Notes: generated by a model not told the origin, from the sequence alone. 64,000 nt of DNA from Myxococcota bacterium (GCA_965250285.1 OZ252299.1:5056001-5120000), one strand, 5' to 3'. Counted from the stretch's first letter, positions 50,837 through 61,130 are shown. Program-made: numbers and translations.

Positions 50837-50964
50837 GGCGTTCGAGTGTAGCCGTGGCGGCTCGCGGCCTTGGGGTGCCGCGTTCCGGCGCGCTGGCGGG
50901 CCGGGCTAGAGTGGGTTGCGTGCATCGGCCGACGCACGCGCGCCGCCATTGAGAGAAGGAAGGA

Positions 50965-51480
50965 ATGAAGGCCTGCATCGGGCTCGGGTCGAACCTCGGC
51001 GATCGCCTCGCGATGCTGCGCGCCGCGCGCGAGGCGCTCGACGGCGCCGCGCGCATGCGGGTGCTCCGAGCGTCGCGCGTGTACGAGACCGCGCCGGTCG
51101 GCCCGGGGGACCAGGGGCCCTACTTGAATGCGGCGCTGCTCATCGAGACCGAGTGGCCGCCCCGCGCGCTCCTCGGACGCCTCCTCGAGATCGAGCGCGG
51201 CCTGGGCCGCGATCGCAGCGCCGCCGCGGTGCGCTGGGGGCCGCGCACGATCGATCTCGATCTGCTCCTCGCCGGCGACCTCAGCATCGAAGAGCCGGGG
51301 CTCGAGTTGCCCCACCCGAGGCTGCACGAGCGGGCGTTCGTGCTCGTGCCCCTGGCCGAGGTCGCGCCGGAGGCACGTCATCCCGGTCTCGGGGTTCGCA
51401 TCGACGAGCTGGCCGCGCGGGCGCCCGGGCTGGATCAGATCGCGTGCCTCGAGACGGTGGGCACCGCCGACTGGCTCTGA
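50965..51480 (+). CDS. folK: 6-hydroxymethyl-7,8-dihydropterin pyrophosphokinase
   Basis: IGLGSNLG, RWGPRTIDLDLL, PHPRLHERAFVL. Confidence 0.95.
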   Translation: MKACIGLGSNLGDRLAMLRAAREALDGAARMRVLRASRVYETAPVGPGDQGPYLNAALLIETEWPPRALLGRLLEIERGLGRDRSAAAVRWGPRTIDLDLLLAGDLSIEEPGLELPHPRLHERAFVLVPLAEVAPEARHPGLGVRIDELAARAPGLDQIACLETVGTADWL

Positions 51481-51603
51481 GCGCCCGCGACGCGACCTTT
51501 GTCGAGATTCATGATCCCTCGGCGGGGTTTCTTGCATCGAACTCCGCAGCCTGGTAATCAGGAATTTCCGGGTCACCCTCCCCAGAATCCCCTGGAGCGC
51601 GCC

Positions 51604-52407
51604 ATGACAGCCGCCGAACACACGACCGGGCCAACCCCGGTGCTCACGGACGTGTCACGAGAATCCAGTCAAATCAGTGACTTGCATTCCTTCGATGCCG
51701 AGGCAATGGAGGCGTCGAGTCCCGAAGAAATCTTGACCTGGGCGATCGGAAAATATCATCCGCGGCTCACCCTGAGCGCTTCTTTCGGCGCGCCCGAAGG
51801 GATGGTGCTGCTGGACATGATGCACGAGATCGATCCCTCGACGCGCGTCTTCGTTCTCGACACGGGCCGACTCCATCAAGCGACCTTCGATCTGATCGAT
51901 CGGGTGCGCGACCGTTACGACAAGGACATCGAGGTGATCTTCCCCGACGCCGAGGCCGTGCAGGACATGGTCCGCGAGAAGGGGATGAACCACTTCTACG
52001 AGTCGCTCGAGAATCGCAAGCTCTGCTGCCGCATTCGCAAGGTCGAGCCGTTGCGCCGCCACCTGGCCCACTTCGACGCGTACGTCACGGGCCTGCGTCG
52101 CGATCAGAACGTCACGCGCCGCGACACGCCGAAGGTCGAGCTCGACGTCGGCAACGGCGGTCTGGTCAAGATCAATCCGATCGCCGACTGGACCCACGAG
52201 CAGGTGATGGACTACGTCGGCGAGCACAAGGTGCCGACCAACCGTCTGCATGCCGAGGGCTACCCGTCGGTGGGCTGCGCGCCTTGCTCGCGCGCGATCG
52301 CGCCCGGTGACGATCCGCGCGCTGGACGCTGGTGGTGGGAGAGCGAGGAGACCAAGGAGTGCGGTCTTCACGTGCCCGACGAGCAGCAGGGCGGCCTCGG
52401 CATCTGA
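51604..52407 (+). CDS. cysH: APS/PAPS reductase (Fe-S, APS-type)
   Basis: LDTG, CCRIRKVEPL, TGLRRDQ, SVGCAPC, RAGRWWWE, KECGLH. Confidence 0.93.
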   Translation: MTAAEHTTGPTPVLTDVSRESSQISDLHSFDAEAMEASSPEEILTWAIGKYHPRLTLSASFGAPEGMVLLDMMHEIDPSTRVFVLDTGRLHQATFDLIDRVRDRYDKDIEVIFPDAEAVQDMVREKGMNHFYESLENRKLCCRIRKVEPLRRHLAHFDAYVTGLRRDQNVTRRDTPKVELDVGNGGLVKINPIADWTHEQVMDYVGEHKVPTNRLHAEGYPSVGCAPCSRAIAPGDDPRAGRWWWESEETKECGLHVPDEQQGGLGI

Positions 52408-52597
52408 GGCGTCGCCCCCCGCCCGAGCGCACGCTCGGCCCCAGTGTCGCATGCGTCTCGCGTCGCCTCGCCTCGTCTCACCTCATCGCGACCGGCAGCC
52501 CGCCGGCAGCCGATGCGCAGCATGGCAGCCGATTCAAGGCGCGGCGCGACTCGGCCGATGAAGGGAGTGGCCGGGTGTGTGGCCAGGGGAGTGACGG

Positions 52598-53023
52598 ATG
52601 AGCAGCGTGCGGACAACGATCGGTCGAGGCCTGGGCTTTGCTGCGCTGGCCTGCGCGCTCGTGCTTGCGGTGGGCGGGGTGACGGCGGCGCGCGCCGACG
52701 AGGCTCCGGCCGAGTCGAGCCCGCCCGCGCCCGATGCGAGCTTCGAGGGCTTCGCCGATCACCTCGAGCGCGAAGGACGTCCCGTCGTCGAAGACGCGGG
52801 GCCCACCTGCCAACCCGGCGCGAACGATCCGGTCGCCGTCGAGATGGCCCACCGCCGCGTCGTGGCCGAGCTGCAGGCGCGCCTGCAGGCCGAGGCGCGC
52901 GCACGCGCCGCCGAGCACGGGGGCGACCCCGAGATCGTGGTGCTCAATGGCCGGGGCTACAACTACCGCGCCCCCACCCCCGGCGAACAGCCGCCGGCGC
53001 CGGTGACCCCGCCCCAGGACTGA
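52598..53023 (+). CDS. Hypothetical exported protein
   Basis: Signal peptide-like N-terminus ending ARA, GGGAG RBS, C-terminal VVLNGRGYNY. Confidence 0.6.
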   Translation: MSSVRTTIGRGLGFAALACALVLAVGGVTAARADEAPAESSPPAPDASFEGFADHLEREGRPVVEDAGPTCQPGANDPVAVEMAHRRVVAELQARLQAEARARAAEHGGDPEIVVLNGRGYNYRAPTPGEQPPAPVTPPQD

Positions 53024-53057
53024 TCTCGCCCGACGGCGGCGCCATCTCCGTGCGCGG

Positions 53058-53193
53058 CCGCGGCACCCTCTTCGCGCCGAGCTGATCTGCGTCTGCGTGC
53101 CCGCGGCACCCTCTTCGCGCCGAGCTGATCTGCGTTTGCGTGCTCGCGGCACCCTCGTCGCGCCGAGCTGATCTGCGGCTGCGTGCCCGCGGC
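53058..53193. repeat. 3 x 43-bp intergenic tandem repeat
   Basis: Unit CCGCGGCACCCTCTTCGCGCCGAGCTGATCTGCGTCTGCGTGC at 53058, 53101, 53144 plus a partial copy. Confidence 0.92.
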
Positions 53194-53359
53194 CGCCGCC
53201 TCTTTCATGTCGCCGCAGCGCGTCGAGACCGCCCGATGAGCCCGCGGGCGCTCGCTCATCGAGCGACGATCTGTGCGATCCTTCGCCGCTCTGGGGCAAA
53301 GCGCAAACGTTGGGACGCCGTCGGCACCGGGTTGAACCGACGGCGCTCGGGACCCGTTC

Positions 53360-55897
53360 ATGGATCCGGTTTCCACCCTTCGAGTCCGGCGTCTGACCGG
53401 CACGCTGGCTGCGCTGTGGGCGATCTCAGCGGTGGCCATGTCGGCCTTCGCGCTGATCCCTCGCGCCGATACGCCCTCGCTCCCCTTCAGCAGCGCCTTC
53501 GTGGCCGGCGTGGCCTTGATCCACGCCGTCGGACCCGACGCACGCGAAGCGGGCATCGAGCCCGGCGACGAGTGGATCTCGATCGACGGTGAGCCGGTCG
53601 TGCGGATGATGGATGAAGGGCGGGGCGCGCTCTTCCCGGGGCGCGTGAACGTCTACGAGGTCGAGAAGCAGGATGGCCGGGTCGTCAAGGCCGCGCTCTC
53701 GCCCCAGCCACCGGGCGCAAACGAGCGGCCCGGCGATCTGCTGCTGCACTTCGCGCTGCTGATCGTCGCGTCGCTCTACGTGACGGTCGGTCTCGCGGTG
53801 TGGTGGAGCAAACCGGGGACGGCCGAGGCGTGGGCGCTCCTGCTCTTCTGCTCGACGATGACGGTGCTGATCTCGACGACGATTCGCGCCGACGAGGTGC
53901 CGTGGTCGTTCTCGCGCGTGCTCGCGAACCTGCCCTTCATCGGTGCGACGACGTTCCACCTGTTCACGACCTATCCGATCGAGCCGCCCTGGATCGTCCG
54001 CTATCGACGCACGCGCGCGGTGCCCTATCTGCTCGCATTCGCGATCTTTCTGGGCGTGGTCGGCGTGCGCGCGGGCACCATCGACGCTCGACTGATGGCA
54101 TCGATCGCGGGCTTCTACGGCGTCGGCGTCGCGCTGGCCTCGGTGGCGGTGCTCGCGGCGCAGCGGCGGCGCGCACACGACGCGGGGATCGGCGAGCGCG
54201 TCGACCTCATGTTGCTCGCGGGCGTCGTGAGCTTCGTGCCGATGCTGCTGATGATCGGCATGGTCTACGTGCTGCAGACGCCGATCCCCTGGTACATGGC
54301 CATGCTCTGGGTGGGCTTCTTCCCGCTCGCGGTGGGCTACGGGATGCTGCGCAAGCAGCTCTTCGACTTTCGCATCGTCGCGCGCTCGTCGGCCGCCTAC
54401 GGCGCCGCGACCTTCACCATCACCGGTTTGTTCGCGTTCTCGATCACCTTCGCCGACGAGCTGATCCAGACCTACGGCGTGAACGTGCGCAGCGTGCAGG
54501 TGATCCTGCTCTTTCTCGCGATCCTCGCCTTCAATCCGCTGCGCGAACGACTGCAGGGGCTGGTCGATCGCCTCTTCGATCGCGACCGCGCGCGCTATCG
54601 CCAGGCCGTGCGAGAGATCTCGGAGGCGATGGTGTCGATGCTGTCGCTGGGTGAGATCGGCGATCGCATTCTCGTCGCCGTGACCGACACCATGGGCGTC
54701 GAACGCGCGATGGTCCTGCTCTTCGACGAGAACGACAAGGTGCTGCGGCCGGCCGCGTGGCGCGGCGATTGGGACGAGCAGGACGTCCAGGCCGAGATCC
54801 CGAGCGAGCATCCGATCTGGAAGCACCTGTGGATGCGGCGCGAAGAGCTGATGCGCGCCGATTTCGACGACGAGCCCGACGCCGAGGCCCGCGAAGAGTG
54901 CTGGGACGTGTACGACACGCTCGAGGTCGAGCTGCTCGTGCCCATCCTCTTCGGTGTCGATCTGCTGGGGGTGATCGTCGTGGGGCGGAAGCTCTCGGGC
55001 GAGCGTCTGACGCCCGACGATCGACAGCTCCTGCGCACGCTCGCGAATCAGAGCTCGATCGCCATCGAGAACGCCAAGGCGTTCGACGAGATCGCCAAGC
55101 TGAACGAATCGCTCGAGGCCCGCGTCGAGGAGCGCACCCAGGAGCTGCGCGAGACGCAGACGCAGCTGATGCAGAGCGAGAAGATGAGCTCGCTCGGTCA
55201 GCTCGTCGCCGGCGTCGCCCACGAGCTGAACAACCCGATCGGGTTCGTGCACGCCAATCTGCAGCTGCTCGACGAGTTCATCGAGAAGCTCGCGACGGCG
55301 CAGGCGTCGGGGGCCGACACCGAGCGGGTGCGCGAGGCGATCACCAAGCTGCTGACGCGCAGCCGCGAAGGCACCGAGCGCGTGAAGAAGATCGTGCAGG
55401 ATCTGCGTACGTTCTCGCGCATGGATCAGGCCGAGAGCCAGATGGCCGATCTGCACGAGGAGATCGACCGGACGCTCGCGCTGATGGAGCCGCGGCTCAA
55501 GAACAAGATCAAGATCGACCGGCACTACGGCGACATCCCCGAGGTGCGCTGCTATCCGGGGCAGCTCAACCAGGTGTTCCTCAATCTGCTCATGAATGCC
55601 TGTGACGCGCTCGACGACACGGGCGGCACGATCCGCATCTCGAGCGAGCGCAGCGACCTCGGCGTGCGGCTCGAGTTCGCCGACGACGGGCCAGGGATCC
55701 CGATGCATGTCCAAAGCCGCATCTTCGATCCATTTTTCACCACCAAGGAGGTGGGCAAGGGCACGGGCCTGGGGCTCTCGCTCTCCCACGGCATCGTGGA
55801 GCGCCACGGCGGGCGCTTCCTGGTGCACTCGGAGCCCGGCGAGGGCGCGACCTTCGTGCTCGATCTGCCGCTCGACGCGGCGCCGGCGGCCGAATAG
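53360..55897 (+). CDS. Membrane sensor histidine kinase (PDZ-like, multi-TM, GAF, HisKA, HATPase)
   Basis: AGIEPGDE..SIDG PDZ-like; TM block; GAF; AHELNNP H-box; QVFLNLLMNA, DDGPGI, FDPFFTTK, GTGLGL. Confidence 0.93.
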   Translation: MDPVSTLRVRRLTGTLAALWAISAVAMSAFALIPRADTPSLPFSSAFVAGVALIHAVGPDAREAGIEPGDEWISIDGEPVVRMMDEGRGALFPGRVNVYEVEKQDGRVVKAALSPQPPGANERPGDLLLHFALLIVASLYVTVGLAVWWSKPGTAEAWALLLFCSTMTVLISTTIRADEVPWSFSRVLANLPFIGATTFHLFTTYPIEPPWIVRYRRTRAVPYLLAFAIFLGVVGVRAGTIDARLMASIAGFYGVGVALASVAVLAAQRRRAHDAGIGERVDLMLLAGVVSFVPMLLMIGMVYVLQTPIPWYMAMLWVGFFPLAVGYGMLRKQLFDFRIVARSSAAYGAATFTITGLFAFSITFADELIQTYGVNVRSVQVILLFLAILAFNPLRERLQGLVDRLFDRDRARYRQAVREISEAMVSMLSLGEIGDRILVAVTDTMGVERAMVLLFDENDKVLRPAAWRGDWDEQDVQAEIPSEHPIWKHLWMRREELMRADFDDEPDAEAREECWDVYDTLEVELLVPILFGVDLLGVIVVGRKLSGERLTPDDRQLLRTLANQSSIAIENAKAFDEIAKLNESLEARVEERTQELRETQTQLMQSEKMSSLGQLVAGVAHELNNPIGFVHANLQLLDEFIEKLATAQASGADTERVREAITKLLTRSREGTERVKKIVQDLRTFSRMDQAESQMADLHEEIDRTLALMEPRLKNKIKIDRHYGDIPEVRCYPGQLNQVFLNLLMNACDALDDTGGTIRISSERSDLGVRLEFADDGPGIPMHVQSRIFDPFFTTKEVGKGTGLGLSLSHGIVERHGGRFLVHSEPGEGATFVLDLPLDAAPAAE

Positions 55898-55947
55898 CTC
55901 CCTATACTGAAGCGCCCGACTCACATCCTCAGGAAGGACCCCCTGCC

Positions 55948-56988
55948 ATGAAGCTCGGCATCCTCTCCGGCTATTCGCCGGCCACCATGAACATCAACAT
56001 CGACGGCATCCGGCACGCCGAAAGCCTCGGCTACGACTCGTGTTTCACCGCCGAGGCCTACGGCTCGGACGCCGTCTCGCCCGCAGCTTGGATCCTGGCG
56101 CAGACCGAGAAGATCAACGTGGGCACGGCGATCATGCAGATGCCGGCGCGCTCGCCCGCCAACACGGCGATGACCGCGATGACGCTCTACGCGCTCTCGG
56201 GCGGTCGCTTCATTCTGGGCCTCGGCCCTTCGGGCCCGCAGGTCGTCGAAGGCTGGCACGGGGTGCCCTACGGCAAGCCCCTCACGCGGACGCGCGAGTA
56301 CATCCAGATCATCCGCAAGATCCTCGAGCGCAAGGAGCCCGTGAGCTTCGAGGGCGAGATCTACCAGATGCCCAACACCGGGCCGGGCACGACCGGCCTC
56401 GGTAAGCCGCTCAAGAGCATCCTGCACGGCGACCCGGCGATGAAGATCTACACCGCGTCGATCTCGCCGAACGGCATGCGCTGCGCCGGTGAGGTGGCGG
56501 ACGGCGTCTTCCCGGTGTGGATGGATCCGACGCGCTTCGACGTGTTCGAGGAGCACCTGCAGAAGGGCTTCGACAAGGCCGGCGGCGGCAAGTCGCTCGA
56601 CGACTTCACGATCGCGCCGTTCGTGACGTGCATCATGGGCGACGACCTCGAGAAGTGCCGCATCCCGGTCAAGAACCAGCTGGCGCTCTACGTCGGCGGC
56701 ATGGGCGCACGCGACAAGAACTTCTACAACGACTACACCCAGCGGCTCGGCTTCGAAGAGGCTGCGAAGACGATCCAGGATCTCTACCTGGACGGGAAGA
56801 AGGCCGAGGCGGTCGCTGCCGTGCCCGACGAGTACGTCGATCGCGTCGCCCTGGTCGGTCCCCCCGATCGGATTCGCGATCAGCTGGGTGCCTGGAAGGA
56901 AGCGGGCGCGAAGAACCACGTCGGTACGATGCTGATCGGCGGCGGCGGCAAGAAGGCCTACGAGCTGCTCGCCGAGGAGCTGCTGTAG
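55948..56988 (+). CDS. LLM-class (probably F420-dependent) oxidoreductase
   Basis: AEAYGSDA, LGLGPSGPQVVEGWHG, LYVGGMG motifs. Confidence 0.88.
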   Translation: MKLGILSGYSPATMNINIDGIRHAESLGYDSCFTAEAYGSDAVSPAAWILAQTEKINVGTAIMQMPARSPANTAMTAMTLYALSGGRFILGLGPSGPQVVEGWHGVPYGKPLTRTREYIQIIRKILERKEPVSFEGEIYQMPNTGPGTTGLGKPLKSILHGDPAMKIYTASISPNGMRCAGEVADGVFPVWMDPTRFDVFEEHLQKGFDKAGGGKSLDDFTIAPFVTCIMGDDLEKCRIPVKNQLALYVGGMGARDKNFYNDYTQRLGFEEAAKTIQDLYLDGKKAEAVAAVPDEYVDRVALVGPPDRIRDQLGAWKEAGAKNHVGTMLIGGGGKKAYELLAEELL

Positions 56989-57068
56989 CCAGCCGCTCGG
57001 CCACGCGGGATCGATCGGGTCGCCGGCGACGCGCTGGCCTTCCGACGCGCACGTCGTTCGTTCACGGC

Positions 57069-58313
57069 TTGGCCTTCGCCTTTGTCGTCGCGCACGCTTC
57101 ACTGGCCCTCGGCGTGCCGGCTCGCTCCGACGAGCAGGCACCCGAGGCGGTGACTCCGCTCGAGACCAAAGCGCTGCCGGGCGGCTTTCCCGCCCAGGGT
57201 CTGTCCGTCGACCGCGACGCGATCCTCGCCGGCGGACCCGATCGGGACGGCATCGCGAGCGTCGACTCGCCGCGCTTCGTGTCTCCACAAGAGGCGGCTC
57301 GGTGGGTCCGAGACGAGCACGCCGTCGTCGGTGTCGAGATCGACGGCGACGCCCGCGCATACCCGATCCACCTCATCGAGCACCATCAGATCGTGAACGA
57401 TCGGTTCGGCGACGAGCGCATTGCCGTCGCCTACGACCCGCTCGTCGACGTCGCTCGGGCGTATCGGGCCGGTCGGATGACCGCCGGCGAAGACCCGCGG
57501 GCCGGCCGATTCGGCGTCAGCGGCTTGATCTACCGCTGTAACTTCCTGCTCTACGACCGGCGCGACGAATCGCTCTCGGCCCACTTCGACGGTCGCACGA
57601 TCACTGGCCCCCGTGCGGGTGACGTGCTCGAGGCAGTGCCCGTGCGGGTCGAGACGCTGCGCGCGTGGCGGGCCCGGCACCCCGATACGCGCGTGCTCAG
57701 ACCCCCCGAGCCTCGGCGGATCGACTACCGATACAGCCCCTACTCGAGCTACTGGGTATCCGACGGCGTGCCGTTCCCACTCGATCACACCGATGACCGG
57801 ATCCACCCGAAAGAGCTGGTCCTGGGCGCGCGCGTCGGCGGCCGCACGCGCGCGTAACTCGCGACGGTCATCGAGCGCCGCGGCGGGCGCATCGTCGATG
57901 AGTTCGAAGGTCGCCGGATACGCGTGCAGTGGAACCGGCGCGCGGGCACGTTCAGCTTCGAAGCGCCCGATGACGTCGAGTTCACGAGCGCGTTCTGGTT
58001 TGCCTGGAAGAACTTCTACCCCGACACCGAGCTCTGGAACGTGCGCTTCGAGCGAGACGAGGACGAGCAAGTATCGATCGACGCGCCCTCGTCAGGTGCG
58101 CGCCGAGGCGCCTCCGCCCGAGTCGAAGAAGGACTGCACCTGCCTGAGCGTGTCGTCGACGTGCTGGGTCGCGAGCTCGCGGGCCGAGAAGCGGTCGACC
58201 GAGTCGCCGACGAGCGGGATCCAGTTCGGCGTGACCAGCTTGACCGCGAGGTTCGTCTGATCGGGTCGCTGGTCGATGGGCGTGAGGCTGAACGTCTGGT
58301 CGTAGCGCAGTGA
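57069..58313 (+). pseudogene. DUF3179-family protein interrupted by an in-frame TAA (57855-57857); ends uncertain
   Basis: GGPDRDGI, ARAYP, HQIVND, FGVSGL, KELVLG..RA*; same frame resumes with FWFAWKNFYPDT. Confidence 0.7.
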
Positions 58314-58562
58314 GCCGAGCTTGATCTTGCGCTTGAGTCGTAGACCGGGCACGACCTCGAGGGGCCGGTCGTGCATCACGACCTGCACGGATCCGAGCTG
58401 GTAGCGCCAGCGCACCCCGCCCGAGAACGGGTAGTCGTCGCTCTCGTCGACCGGCGCGAGCATGCGCGCGTCCCACGCAACGATCTGCGCGGCATCGGTC
58501 AGGGCCTGCCAGACCCGCTCCGGGTCGGCCTCGATCACCCTCGACATCACGATCGTGATCAA
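58092..58562 (-). CDS. SRPBCC/START-fold protein
   Basis: IEADPERVWQALTD..W N-terminal signature; start TTG 58562 or ATG 58547. Confidence 0.7.
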   Translation of the reverse strand: MITIVMSRVIEADPERVWQALTDAAQIVAWDARMLAPVDESDDYPFSGGVRWRYQLGSVQVVMHDRPLEVVPGLRLKRKIKLGSLRYDQTFSLTPIDQRPDQTNLAVKLVTPNWIPLVGDSVDRFSARELATQHVDDTLRQVQSFFDSGGGASART

Positions 58563-58719
58563 CGGGCAAGCATCCGCGCGTTCACGGCTCGATGATGCAC
58601 GCGAAGCCGGGGGCTCGCAATCGGAGCGTTCCGGCGCTCTTGGGGGCCCCAAACGAAAGCCGCCGGATGCACGAGGCATCCGGCGGCTGGGTTCGGATCG
58701 CTGAGGTGAGTCAGCCGGA

Positions 58720-59373
58720 TCAGGCCCTGCTGCGTGCCGCGCGGCGGAGCACGACGGCGCCGACGCAGAAGAGAGCGAGGCCCGTGGGCTCCGGCACCGG
58801 CTGGGCACCGCCCGCCGAGGGGCCACCGTCGGTCTCGTACTCCCACTTCGCGAACGAGAAGTCGACGACCGAGTCACCCTTGCGGCTGACCACGGCGACC
58901 TGAAGCTCGTCGCCGGCGTTGTGGAAGAACGCGGTGACGTCGCCCTCGAAGAGCGAGAACCAGGCGCTGCCGCGCTGCCAGAACTCGTCGTTCAGGGCGA
59001 GGCTCACCTTCTCCTTGCCGTCGAAGAACTGATCGTCGCGGATGCCGACGTACAGGTGCGCGCTCGTGACCGAGAGCACCGACATCGACGGCGTGAAGCT
59101 GTGCGTGTAGACGACGTAGTCGCGGCGGCCACTCAGGTAGCCGTCGCCCAGACCCTGCCCCTGGTAGATGTCACCGTTCAGGTAGAGGTCCATGGGGTCG
59201 TCGCCGATGTAGCCGGCTTCCATCGTCGCCCGCATGTCGCCGGGGAAGAGGAGGCTCTGGTCGGACGTCAGCAGCTCGCCGTAGTACATCGTGCCGGCGA
59301 AGGCCGGGACGGCGAAGAGCACGACCATGGCGGCGGCGAGGACGTGCGCGAATCGGAGGTTCATCTTGTTCAT
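58720..59373 (-). CDS. PEP-CTERM sorting-domain exported protein
   Basis: Signal peptide ending AFA, C-terminal VPEPTG + TM + RR. Confidence 0.88.
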   Translation of the reverse strand: MNKMNLRFAHVLAAAMVVLFAVPAFAGTMYYGELLTSDQSLLFPGDMRATMEAGYIGDDPMDLYLNGDIYQGQGLGDGYLSGRRDYVVYTHSFTPSMSVLSVTSAHLYVGIRDDQFFDGKEKVSLALNDEFWQRGSAWFSLFEGDVTAFFHNAGDELQVAVVSRKGDSVVDFSFAKWEYETDGGPSAGGAQPVPEPTGLALFCVGAVVLRRAARSRA

Positions 59374-59693
59374 GTCAGCTTCCCGGTGATTCAGCTTCGT
59401 GTGCGTGTGTCGACTGAAATCAAGCCCGTCGATTCAAGTCTTGCTCTCGTGGCCTCGAGTTCGGTCCCGGTCGTCGAAGTCTCCCGAAATTTCCCGGCGA
59501 GCCGCCGGAGGTCGGGTTTCTCCCACACCCCGATCCTACTACGTATTCTGGTGTTGCCACCGAAAAAAGCGTGATTTTTCTCACGTTTCCGAACCGCTAC
59601 ACGTTCTTTATTCCGGCAGAATTGTGGGTGCCAACCCGAGGGGCAGAGGGGCCGAGACCGCCGTCGAGCAGGCTTCGTAGTGGATCCAAGGAG

Positions 59694-61130
59694 TTAGGGG
59701 GTAGACCTGCCGCCTACGGCTGCGCTGTCGGGCCAGTCGGCAAAGCAGTTGGTCTCGCGCTCGAAGATCCGGGCCGCACGAAGCACGAGGTCGTCGCGGT
59801 GCCGGGGGCCGACAATCTGCAGCCCGACCGGCAGGCCGGCGTTCGAGAGCCCGGCCCGCACCGTCGCGGCGGGATGCCACGACAGATTGAAGGGCATCGT
59901 GAAACTGCCGATGTTGGCGGCCGGCTGCCGTCGCCCCTCGATCTCGGCGGCGAATGGGCCGCGGGCGGGCGGCGCGTCGTACGGCACGGTGGGCGTCAGC
60001 AAGAAGTCGAACGTGTCGAACAGATCGCGGCACCACTCATTCAGGTCGGCCCGTCGTCGACGCATGTGGCCCCAACGCTCCGCGTTCATCGCAGCGCCTC
60101 GCTTCACGCCCTCGATGAAGCTGCGACCGAAGTCGGCTTCGTGCTCGGGCAGCATCGGCTCGAGCTCGGCGAGCATCTCCCACGCGCCCGAGAAGAGCCA
60201 ATCGGGCCCGGGCTCGGGCGGACCGCCTTCGATCTCTTCGACGACGTGCCCGTTGGTTTCGAAGACCCGGGCTGCCTCGCGGACGCACTTGGCGAAGTCG
60301 CTCTGCACGACGGCGAAGCCGAGATCGGCCGAGAAGGCGAAGCGCAGTGGACGATCGAACGGCTCTTCGATGGTGTCGCGGTAGAGCAGGCCAGGATGAG
60401 GCAGCGATGCGGGATCGTCTGGATGCGCGCCGACGACGGCATCGAGGTGAAGCGCGGCGTCGCGCACGCATCGCGTGAGTGGGCCATCGACCGACGTATC
60501 GTCCATGATCCAGAGCGGTTTCGGGCCGTGCGGAACCCGCCCGAGGCTGCCCTTCAAGCCGAAGCAGCCGGTGAGTGAGGCCGGGATGCGCACCGAGCCG
60601 CCGCCGTCGCTCGCGGTCGCGAGCGGCACGACGCCACCGGCGATGGCGGCCGATGCCCCGCCGCTCGAGCCGCCGGGTGTGCGCTCGAGATCCCATGGAT
60701 TGCGGGTCTCGCCGAAGAGCACGTTCTTCGTGATCGCCGTGTAGCCGAACTCGGGCGTATTCGTCTTGCCGACGACGATCGCGCCCGCGGCCCGCAACCG
60801 TTCGACCTGAACCGAGTCGCGTTCGGCCCTGTGATCCTTGAACGGCACCGAGCCGTGCGTCGTCACCATCCCGGCGACGTCTTCGAGATCCTTCACGCCC
60901 AGCGGCAGCCCCTCGAGCAGCCCGCCCTCTCCGCGCCGCCTTCGTTCGTCGGAGGCCTCCGCGTCTGCGATCACGGCGTCGGGGTCGCGGAGCGAGACGA
61001 AGGCATTGAGCGTGTCGTGCGTGGCATCGATGCGCTCGAGGGTCGCGCGCGCGAGCTCTGCGGCCGAGAGCGCACCGCGGTCCAAGCGGTCGAGAAGATC
61101 ACTGATCGTGCACTGGAGGAGGTCGGTCAT
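59694..61130 (-). CDS. Amidase signature family enzyme
   Basis: GVKDL, GKTNTPEFG, GGSSGG, SDGGGSVRIPA. Confidence 0.95.
   Translation of the reverse strand: MTDLLQCTISDLLDRLDRGALSAAELARATLERIDATHDTLNAFVSLRDPDAVIADAEASDERRRRGEGGLLEGLPLGVKDLEDVAGMVTTHGSVPFKDHRAERDSVQVERLRAAGAIVVGKTNTPEFGYTAITKNVLFGETRNPWDLERTPGGSSGGASAAIAGGVVPLATASDGGGSVRIPASLTGCFGLKGSLGRVPHGPKPLWIMDDTSVDGPLTRCVRDAALHLDAVVGAHPDDPASLPHPGLLYRDTIEEPFDRPLRFAFSADLGFAVVQSDFAKCVREAARVFETNGHVVEEIEGGPPEPGPDWLFSGAWEMLAELEPMLPEHEADFGRSFIEGVKRGAAMNAERWGHMRRRRADLNEWCRDLFDTFDFLLTPTVPYDAPPARGPFAAEIEGRRQPAANIGSFTMPFNLSWHPAATVRAGLSNAGLPVGLQIVGPRHRDDLVLRAARIFERETNCFADWPDSAAVGGRSTP

Noticed and set aside
46897..56988. Bioluminescence (lux) operon formed by luxC/luxE-like genes plus the luciferase-like LLM gene
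   Set aside because: No luxA/luxB pair or luxD; the LLM gene is 5 kb away on the other strand and has F420-type subfamily motifs
57855..57857. Selenocysteine or pyrrolysine recoding in DUF3179
   Set aside because: The codon is TAA, not TGA or TAG, and sits at a Tyr position
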